NCBI GenBank assembly: GCA_021785915.1
Contig: JAJYEF010000002.1
Span: 1-38,338 of the forward strand
DNA length: 38,338 nucleotides
Reading direction: 5' to 3'
Source of the DNA: a bacterium
Lineage (GTDB): Bacteria; Patescibacteriota; Microgenomatia; Levybacterales; UBA12049
The stretch's first letter is position 1, and each line of letters starts with the position of its first letter. A program made the translations under genes and the position numbers. The notes under the pieces were generated by a model. That model saw nothing but the letters and a program-made list of their open reading frames with translations. It was not told the DNA's origin and searched no databases. This document shows, one piece after another, positions 8,408 through 14,620 of this stretch.

Positions 8408-8438
8408 TTTATACTCCTTTTGAAGCTAGAAGTCAAAG
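8408..8438 (-). promoter_or_regulatory. Copy 3 of the conserved 31-bp promoter/operator cassette
   Basis: The + strand reads TTTATACTCCTTTTGAAGCTAGAAGTCAAAG. The minus strand reads TTGACT-N17-TATAAA, with the RM start codon only 8 nt downstream of the -10. Confidence 0.65.
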
Positions 8439-8641
8439 CAAACTAATTCATAGATAAATTTCTATATCTATTATGTGAATGTTACCTAACGCCAATTATG
8501 TGAGTCCTATAAATTCTTTAAAATGTTTTTTGATACTTGACGCACTTTCTATATTAACTGTCAAAAAATAGAACATATTTTTATTAACTTATTTCGCAAG
8601 AAAGTTCATAAAGAAGACTTTTGCATTACACATATTATTCT

Positions 8642-9250
8642 TCATTGAGTATTCACATACAATGATTCAGGTTTTAAACCATTTGTAGTTAAGCAAAGAC
8701 GGTATATATTGTTTCTGACAGATCGTATGTAACGGCTGTTTTCTGCAAGAACGGAGCATTGCTTTCTGATTTCACTTGGCCTCCATTCAAACCAATAGAA
8801 CAAGCTTGAAAGAATGATAATTAACCCAAGTAGGGTCATTAAGCGTAAGAATTTTGGTTTTGTAATTACCCTTCTTGCACTTTCTGTATTTTGCTCCTGA
8901 TTCTTTCCTTTCATATATGGCGAAAGTGCTTTCATCCACCTTTTTGCTTCCTCTCCTTCAATATAAAATTCCTGCTTTTCGCTTTGCTTATTTTCACTCT
9001 CGCTGAAATTATTGTTTACATACATTACGCTTAGATAACCACCACAAAAGGGGCAAGAATTATCTTCACTGGCAAGATTGTATCTTTCCATTTCTTTATT
9101 GCAGTTTTTACAAATTTGCTTAACATCAATCTTCTCTGAAGATACATTAACTCCGAATTTGTGGGTTTTGCAGAAGAAAAAAGTTTTATTATCGTAGTTA
9201 AATGGAACTGCAAAATCACACTGTTCACAACTTACTAACTTAACCTCCAT
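8642..9250 (-). CDS. Zinc-ribbon protein with one transmembrane helix
   Basis: It has the pairs CxxC (CEQC), CKNC and CPFC, then a hydrophobic helix (LMTLLGLIIILSSLFYWF). The strong SD AGGAGGAG lies 7-8 nt upstream of the ATG. Confidence 0.65.
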   Translation of the reverse strand: MEVKLVSCEQCDFAVPFNYDNKTFFFCKTHKFGVNVSSEKIDVKQICKNCNKEMERYNLASEDNSCPFCGGYLSVMYVNNNFSESENKQSEKQEFYIEGEEAKRWMKALSPYMKGKNQEQNTESARRVITKPKFLRLMTLLGLIIILSSLFYWFEWRPSEIRKQCSVLAENSRYIRSVRNNIYRLCLTTNGLKPESLYVNTQ

Positions 9251-9345
9251 CGAGCACTCCTCCTACGAAAATTCTACATCAATTGAACATAAAATGCTAG
9301 TTATTGTCTGTAGAGTTATTGACTTCTTTTACATACGATTTCCGT

Positions 9346-9555
9346 ATGAAAACAACTCCAGCAAGGAAACAACTCGGAGATAGGATAAGAAAACTCAGAA
9401 AGAAACAGGGAATATCACAAGAAGAATTAGGATTTAGAGCTGGACTCCATAGAACTTATATAGGAGCTATTGAAAGAGCAGAACAGAATGTTTCTATAGA
9501 TAATATCCATAAAATTGCAAAAGCATTAAAAGTCTCCCCGAAAGACCTACTATAA
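9346..9555 (+). CDS. XRE-family HTH transcriptional regulator (Cro/CI- or RM controller C-protein-like)
   Basis: 'LGDRIRKLRKKQGISQEELGFRAGLHRTYIGAIERAEQNVSIDNIHKIAKAL' is a classic HTH_XRE pattern. The ORF track starts at a TTG at 9304; the in-frame ATG at 9346 is the start I prefer, but the start is uncertain. Confidence 0.85.
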   Translation: MKTTPARKQLGDRIRKLRKKQGISQEELGFRAGLHRTYIGAIERAEQNVSIDNIHKIAKALKVSPKDLL

Positions 9556-9662
9556 TCTATAAAAATTACATTTTCTACCGAAGCTAATTTGAGGCTAGTT
9601 AATTCTGTGGCTTATAAAAAGGATTTGACAACTGCTATATAACCGTTTGAAATAATTGAGAT

Positions 9663-10091
9663 ATGAAAGGAAAAGGAACAAAATTAACAAAGGATTTTTT
9701 GAAGGCATTAAAAGAAGTATTGAAAGATGACAGTGTAGCTTTTCTAACCGATGAACAGGTTATAACTCTTGTTAACGATAAACTTCCGAAAGAAAAGAAA
9801 ATAACAAAAAGAGTGTGGGAAAATTGGAAGTCCGGAGACACTCCAAAACAATTTCCGAATGAAGCCAAACAATTCAACGGGTTAATAAAAATGGCTTTGA
9901 TCCAGCAAAAAATATACTTATTCAAAAGAATGTTAGATGCAAAATCCGGAGAATGGCAAAAATATGCTTGGATGATTGAGAGAAAATTTCCGGAATGGAG
10001 ACTTAATCATCAAGTAGACATTACCTCACAAAATGAAAGAATAACCGGTATCAATTACATCATTCCTTCCCCCAATAATGTAGAAAAATAG
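9663..10091 (+). CDS. Phage-like putative DNA-binding protein (terminase-small-subunit-like or HTH); function uncertain
   Basis: 142-aa ORF. The motif 'GEWQKYAWMIERKFPEW' resembles one I associate with small phage DNA-binding/TerS-like proteins. This rests on memory only. Confidence 0.5.
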   Translation: MKGKGTKLTKDFLKALKEVLKDDSVAFLTDEQVITLVNDKLPKEKKITKRVWENWKSGDTPKQFPNEAKQFNGLIKMALIQQKIYLFKRMLDAKSGEWQKYAWMIERKFPEWRLNHQVDITSQNERITGINYIIPSPNNVEK

Positions 10092-10187
10092 TTTTTAGCC
10101 TCTAGAAAAGAATAGGGCTTGACAACTGATTTATAAGCGTTTCGTAGAATTGTTTTAATCAAAAATTGAAATTATTCGGCAGCAAAT

Positions 10188-10227
10188 AAAAACCCTTGTA
10201 AGGCTGCCGAAACAAGGGTTTTTATTT
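10188..10227 (+). terminator. Intrinsic terminator-like hairpin with a T-tract
   Basis: AAAAACCCTTGT (10188-10199) pairs with ACAAGGGTTTTT (10212-10223), followed by ATTTTT. Confidence 0.55.
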
Positions 10228-10239
10228 TTGCTTAAACAT

Positions 10240-10512
10240 ATGCAAAAAGACAATAAAAAAATCATAATTAAAATCTTAAATAACAAAGGAAAGGTATTAT
10301 GTGTCAAATTTCCTAAAAACTTAAGAAGTTTTCCAAGTAGTGAAGCTAGAAAAATTAAAAGTGCCATTAAAAACGGAGGGGTTAGATATTACATAAAAGT
10401 TACATATGGAAAGCAGTTAGACATACACGGAAAAATGACGATGTTTTATAACGATGGATTCTACGATACTTGGCAAGAATTAAGGAGCGCGGCAAAAGCA
10501 TTCTTGGAATAA
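10240..10512 (+). CDS. Hypothetical small protein
   Basis: The ORF track starts at a TTG at 10228; the in-frame ATG at 10240 is preferred. No family recognised. Confidence 0.5.
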   Translation: MQKDNKKIIIKILNNKGKVLCVKFPKNLRSFPSSEARKIKSAIKNGGVRYYIKVTYGKQLDIHGKMTMFYNDGFYDTWQELRSAAKAFLE

Positions 10513-10514
10513 AT

Positions 10515-10661
10515 ATGTTATCAAAAGAAGCATTAGAAGAATTTAAGAAAAATTATAAAGAAGAATATGGCAAAGAGCTGACAGATGAAAAGGTTTCTGA
10601 AGAAGTTACTAGACTTATGATGCTCATGAAAATCATTTATAAACCCATACCGAAACTATGA
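10515..10661 (+). CDS. Hypothetical small acidic protein (48 aa)
   Basis: The ATG at 10515 lies 2 nt after the previous stop. Its own stop overlaps the next start (ATGA at 10658-10661). Confidence 0.45.
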   Translation: MLSKEALEEFKKNYKEEYGKELTDEKVSEEVTRLMMLMKIIYKPIPKL

Positions 10662-10978
10662 GAGATGTAAGTATAAAAATAATACTTAAAAACAAAAATA
10701 ATTTATTGGCGAACGCGAATATTTCAGTAAACACTGAAGCGTTTGGATATGTAACTCTTAAGGGTTTTCAGATATGGAAAAGTATTCATAATAATGATAG
10801 GCTTAATGACTATATAAACATTACTCCGGCTAAAATTCCTGCACGCGGAAATTTTTTTAATATTATATTTTTTGAGAGTTCAGATAAATGGTATTTATTA
10901 GAAAAAATTATCTATGAAAAGTTCCGGGCAACGAAAGAAGAAGAAATAGATATTGAGGAAATACCAAGCTTTAATTAG
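10658..10978 (+). CDS. Hypothetical protein with weak SpoVG-like resemblance
   Basis: 106-aa ORF translationally coupled to the upstream gene. 'LLANANISVNTEAFGYVTLKGFQIWKS' is vaguely SpoVG-like. The functional call is low confidence. Confidence 0.5.
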   Translation: MRDVSIKIILKNKNNLLANANISVNTEAFGYVTLKGFQIWKSIHNNDRLNDYINITPAKIPARGNFFNIIFFESSDKWYLLEKIIYEKFRATKEEEIDIEEIPSFN

Positions 10979-10987
10979 CAGTAAATT

Positions 10988-11030
10988 TATAGTTATAGTT
11001 ACTATATAGTTACTGTTAATAATAACTATA
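10988..11030. repeat. Cluster of TATAGTTA(C) repeats: three direct copies and one inverted
   Basis: TATAGTTA occurs at 10988-10995, 10994-11001 and 11005-11012. The inverted TAACTATA is at 11023-11030. Confidence 0.7.
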
Positions 11031-11093
11031 GAGTTTCTCTATTAACTAGGTATTTTAATTTGAAATTAAATTTTGTAAGGTTTACAATGGTTT

Positions 11094-11160
11094 TGTGTTC
11101 AGAATTAGGGTAAGGTTTTATAATGCCCTCGTTAGACAGAACCTTACCGTTCTGAACACA
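11094..11160 (+). promoter_or_regulatory. Long imperfect hairpin or palindrome in the recombinase 5' region
   Basis: TGTGTTCAGAA..GGTAAGGTT (11094-11117) pairs with AACCTTACC.TTCTGAACACA (11140-11160). That is 11 + 9 bp around a small internal loop, with a 22-nt apical loop. Confidence 0.7.
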
Positions 11161-11179
11161 GCTAGCGGGGGCATTATTT

Positions 11180-12787
11180 ATGAATAAATATTTCATTTAC
11201 TGTAGAAAGTCTTCAGAACAGGAAGATAGACAAATACTATCTCTTCCTGCACAGGAACAAGAGTTAAAAGAACTTGCTAAAAAACAAGGGCTACAAATCG
11301 TAGGTGTATATAAAGAATCGCAAACAGCTCATAAAATCGGCCGCTCAGATTTTAATGAGATGTTAAACAGAATAGAAGCAGGAGAAGCTAACTCAATTCT
11401 AGTTTGGGATGAGAGTAGGCTTGCAAGAAATTCTTTAGACGGAGGCAAAATTATTTATATGATTGACCTTGGACAGATTGTTGAAATCAGGAAACCCAGT
11501 AAAATTTATACCAATACTCCGGATGATAAAAGCTGGCTGGCAATGTGTTTTATGATGAGCAAAAAGGAATCGGATGATAAGGGTGTTAATGTAAGAAGGG
11601 GATTGAAAGCTAAGGCTGAACAAGGCTGGGCTCCGAACTCTTCAACAAGAGTTGGTTATATGTGGGATAAACTCGCAGAACGTGGAAATAAGACAATTCT
11701 AGTCGACCCTTTACGATTTAACTTGATAAGGAAAGCTTGGGATTATATGCTTACTGGAACTTACACAGTTCCACAGATTTTAGACTTATTGAATAATGAA
11801 TGGGGATATAGGTCAGCAGTTCACAAAAGTTTGGGTGGCAAACCTATGTGGCGTAGCAAATTATATGAAATATTTACAGACCCATTTTATTATGGAGAGT
11901 TCGAATATAACGGACAGCATTATAAAGGCAAACACCAACCGATGGTTACTGTCGATGAGTTCGATAAAGTTCAATATCTTTTAGGAAGAAACGGAAGGCC
12001 GAGGCCTAAGAGCCATAAATTTAATTATGTTGGGCTTATGGTTTGCGGAGAATGCGGGGCATCGATCACTTGTGAGGAAAAGGTAAAAAGTCAGAAAAAT
12101 GGCAACGTTCACTTTTATATCTATTACCACTGCACTAAAAGAAAAAATCCTAATTGCACTCAAGAAAGTATTGAGGAAAAAGAGCTCGAAAAGCAGATTG
12201 ATGAAGTTCTGTCAAGAATTCAGATCTCCGAGAGATTTAAGAATTGGGCAATTAAATACCTGAACGAAGTTAACAATAAGGAGGTTGACGACAGAAATGT
12301 AATCCTTAAGTCAATACAGAAGGCTTATAAGGATATTGTTAACCGGATTGATAACTTGGTTAAACTTAAAATCTCTCCCCAAAATACAGACGGTTCGCTC
12401 CTATCCGATGAAGAATTCAAGAGCCAAAAACAGACACTTCTCAAAGAAAAGGCAAGGCTCGAAGAAAAAATGAACGACACAGGAGATAGGGTTACTCGAT
12501 GGCTTGAGCTTTCCGAAAAAACATTTGATTTTGCGACTTATGCAAGATACAGATTTGCAAACGGAACTCCGGAAGAAAAACGGCAGATTTTTGCAGGTCT
12601 TGGTTCGAACCTCGTGTTAAAAGATAAAATCGTGGCTGTTAACCTTGAAAAACCATTAGAATTTATTAGTAATATAAAAACCCAAGAAGACAAAATTTGG
12701 CAAAGGTTAGAACCTCTTAAAAAGACCGATAATGCAATCCAAATAGAGGATTTGTGGACTAATAATACTGGAATGCTCCGCGACTAG
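11180..12787 (+). CDS. Large serine recombinase (integrase)
   Basis: The N-terminal resolvase domain has the catalytic Ser context 'YCRKSSEQEDRQ' and 'ESRLARN'. It also has a recombinase domain, a Zn-ribbon 'CGECGASITCEE...YYHCTKRKNPNC' and a C-terminal coiled coil. It is 535 aa. Confidence 0.93.
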   Translation: MNKYFIYCRKSSEQEDRQILSLPAQEQELKELAKKQGLQIVGVYKESQTAHKIGRSDFNEMLNRIEAGEANSILVWDESRLARNSLDGGKIIYMIDLGQIVEIRKPSKIYTNTPDDKSWLAMCFMMSKKESDDKGVNVRRGLKAKAEQGWAPNSSTRVGYMWDKLAERGNKTILVDPLRFNLIRKAWDYMLTGTYTVPQILDLLNNEWGYRSAVHKSLGGKPMWRSKLYEIFTDPFYYGEFEYNGQHYKGKHQPMVTVDEFDKVQYLLGRNGRPRPKSHKFNYVGLMVCGECGASITCEEKVKSQKNGNVHFYIYYHCTKRKNPNCTQESIEEKELEKQIDEVLSRIQISERFKNWAIKYLNEVNNKEVDDRNVILKSIQKAYKDIVNRIDNLVKLKISPQNTDGSLLSDEEFKSQKQTLLKEKARLEEKMNDTGDRVTRWLELSEKTFDFATYARYRFANGTPEEKRQIFAGLGSNLVLKDKIVAVNLEKPLEFISNIKTQEDKIWQRLEPLKKTDNAIQIEDLWTNNTGMLRD

Positions 12788-12791
12788 GACT
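12773..12791. repeat. Putative right attachment-site core (attR) within the tRNA-Asn 3' end
   Basis: ATGCTCCGC at 12773-12781 is identical to 956-964. It encodes the recombinase codons Met-Leu-Arg and also covers the last 6 nt of the tRNA. Confidence 0.5.
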
Positions 12792-12847
12792 CGAACCTAG
12801 AACCTTGTCGTTAACAGCGACCTGCTCTACCATTGAGCTATCGCGGA
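12776..12847 (-). tRNA. tRNA-Asn (anticodon GTT)
   Basis: The minus strand reads TCCGCGA-TA-GCTCAATGGTAGAGC-A-GGTCG-CTGTTAA-CGACA-AGGTT-CTAGGTTCGAGTCCTAG-TCGCGGA-G. It has a 7-bp acceptor stem, D and T arms with a GGTTCGAGTCC T-loop, and anticodon loop CTGTTAA. No CCA is encoded. Confidence 0.9.
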
Positions 12848-12930
12848 ATGTGATAAATATTTTAACAAAAACAAAAAAGTAAATCCATACTAAACTTGAC
12901 AAATCATTTAAACTGGATTAATAATTATTT

Positions 12931-13509
12931 ATGGCCTTTCTCCCCGAAGCAAGGGCAGGATTGATACCTTCAGACACGGATCGAAAATCTGCATCCTCAT
13001 TTATGCCTCAAAGACTCCCGGAATCTAATCTAAATCAGGTGCTTTTTACTTCAACGGTAAGTCCCGAGGCATTCCGCGCTCAAAGCGGTAATGTGCAAGA
13101 AAGGATATTAATTAGACTTTTTGAATTAGGTAATACTGCAAAAATTAGCGAATTAAGGCCGGATTTTGAAATGGATAGGCCGTTAACACTCAATGAAAAA
13201 TTCTTAGGTAAATACACGTGGGAACTTGCCCAGAGAAACGAGCCTATTACTCCCAGGCTGGACATGGAGGATGCGGCTCTTGCGCAGGTTTACCATACCG
13301 TGTACCCTGCTTTCACAAAAGAGGGCCTGGCCAGCTTCCTGGAAAACGAAAGGCAAAGACATATCCTATATGGAGGCATGTTTACGCCCGAACAAGATAT
13401 TGAACACGGAGGCTATATGAAATTTACCGCAGCAAGAAGATACAGGGCGATTTTAGAAAATCATATAGAAGAAGAAAAAAATCAACAAAACTTAAGACAA
13501 GCAGCCTAA
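12931..13509 (+). CDS. Hypothetical protein
   Basis: 192-aa ORF preceded by TTGACA (12896-12901)-N17-TAATAA-N6-ATG. No family recognised. Confidence 0.6.
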   Translation: MAFLPEARAGLIPSDTDRKSASSFMPQRLPESNLNQVLFTSTVSPEAFRAQSGNVQERILIRLFELGNTAKISELRPDFEMDRPLTLNEKFLGKYTWELAQRNEPITPRLDMEDAALAQVYHTVYPAFTKEGLASFLENERQRHILYGGMFTPEQDIEHGGYMKFTAARRYRAILENHIEEEKNQQNLRQAA

Positions 13510-14579
13510 CCCAGATAGTCTTTTAGCTTATTCCCCCTTGAAGGATGCCTTAATTTGCGTAGCGCTTTTGCCTCGATTTGTCTTATCCTTTCACGAGTGA
13601 CTGCAAACATCTTGCCGACCTCTTCCAAAGTCTTCGGCCTTCCGTCTTTAAGGCCAAATCTTTCTTCCAGAACTCTTTTTTCCCTGTCACTAAGCGTTGA
13701 TAAAACCTGGTCGATTTGCTCTTTTAAAAGCTCCCTTGACGCCGTATCAAAAAGCGTCGGCGCGGAGGTATCGTGTATAAAATCACCAAGACGGGAGTCT
13801 TCTTCGTCTCCGACCGGCGATTCAAGACTTGCCGGCTCCTGGGAAATTTTTATTATCTCCAAAGCCTTATCGGGCTCGATACCCAATGCTTTTGCGACTT
13901 CCTCGGGTGTTGGCTCGCGACCCAATTCCTGCATCAGTTTTCTTGAAGCTCTTAAAAACCTGTTGATGTTCTCAACCATGTGGACGGGAATCCTTATTGT
14001 TCTTGCTTGGTCGGCAATCGCCCTTGTTATGGATTGTCTAATCCACCATGTGGCGTAGGTCGAAAACTTATAACCCCTTCTCCAATCAAACTTTTCAACT
14101 GCCCTTATAAGCCCCTGGTTTCCCTCCTGAATCAAGTCCAAAAGAGTCAAGCCTCTTCCTACATATTTTTTAGCGATCGACACAACAAGCCTTAAATTGG
14201 AGTTTATAAGTTTTTGCTTTGCGTGCTTGTCGCCCTTCTCAACTTTTTTGGCAAGCGCTATTTCCTGGTCAAAGGTCAAAAGAGGGATTCTGCCGATCTC
14301 CTTTAAATACATCCTGACGGGGTCGGAAACCGTCCCTTCGGTAAGAACGGTTAATGCTTCGAGCTCTTTTTCAAGGTCCTCAATAGGCTTTTCTTCCTCT
14401 CCTGCTGCAACGGACTCGAAAACATCAATGTCCGAGCTCATGAGCTTGTCGTAAAGCTTATCAAGCTCCTCGATGTGCTCTTCCGGCTTTGGGAAAATAG
14501 AAAGTATTTCCTCCTGGGTTATGTAACCCCTCTTTTTTGCACCAGAAACAATTTCGGTAAGTATGTTGGGCTGTTTCAT
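13506..14579 (-). CDS. rpoD: RNA polymerase primary sigma factor (sigma-70 family)
   Basis: Region 2 '[29 protein letters not shown]' and region 4 '[30 protein letters not shown]' are both present. It lies downstream of dnaG, as in the conserved operon. Confidence 0.95.
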   Translation of the reverse strand: MKQPNILTEIVSGAKKRGYITQEEILSIFPKPEEHIEELDKLYDKLMSSDIDVFESVAAGEEEKPIEDLEKELEALTVLTEGTVSDPVRMYLKEIGRIPLLTFDQEIALAKKVEKGDKHAKQKLINSNLRLVVSIAKKYVGRGLTLLDLIQEGNQGLIRAVEKFDWRRGYKFSTYATWWIRQSITRAIADQARTIRIPVHMVENINRFLRASRKLMQELGREPTPEEVAKALGIEPDKALEIIKISQEPASLESPVGDEEDSRLGDFIHDTSAPTLFDTASRELLKEQIDQVLSTLSDREKRVLEERFGLKDGRPKTLEEVGKMFAVTRERIRQIEAKALRKLRHPSRGNKLKDYLG

Positions 14580-14620
14580 ATATACAATTTTAGCAGAATT
14601 TACAAGTAATTAAAACTATA

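Larger units (their letters stand above)
956..12787. mobile_element. Integrative genomic island (~11.8 kb) at tRNA-Asn, mobilised by a large serine recombinase
   Basis: The block is visibly AT-richer than the sequence right of 12.9 kb. The recombinase gene sits at the right end and overlaps the tRNA 3' end. The direct repeat ATGCTCCGC occurs at 956-964 and 12773-12781. Phage-like small genes and defence cargo lie inside. Confidence 0.7.

Noticed and set aside
2590-8438. The AAGGAG inside the 31-bp cassette read as a Shine-Dalgarno sequence
   Set aside because: In copy 2 it lies ~40 nt from the start codon. In copy 1 the corresponding sequence is AAAGAG rather than AAGGAG, and it lies ~30 nt from the start. 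In all three copies it falls in the spacer of a TTGACT-N17-TATAAR promoter, so a role as promoter spacer or operator fits better than an RBS.
13555-14454. Four + strand ORFs (13555-14058, 13980-14195, 14197-14454 and 13218-13420) opposite or beside rpoD and the 12931 ORF
   Set aside because: They are antisense or off-frame to an unmistakable rpoD. Their Ser/Leu-rich composition is typical of shadow ORFs in a GC-richer gene.
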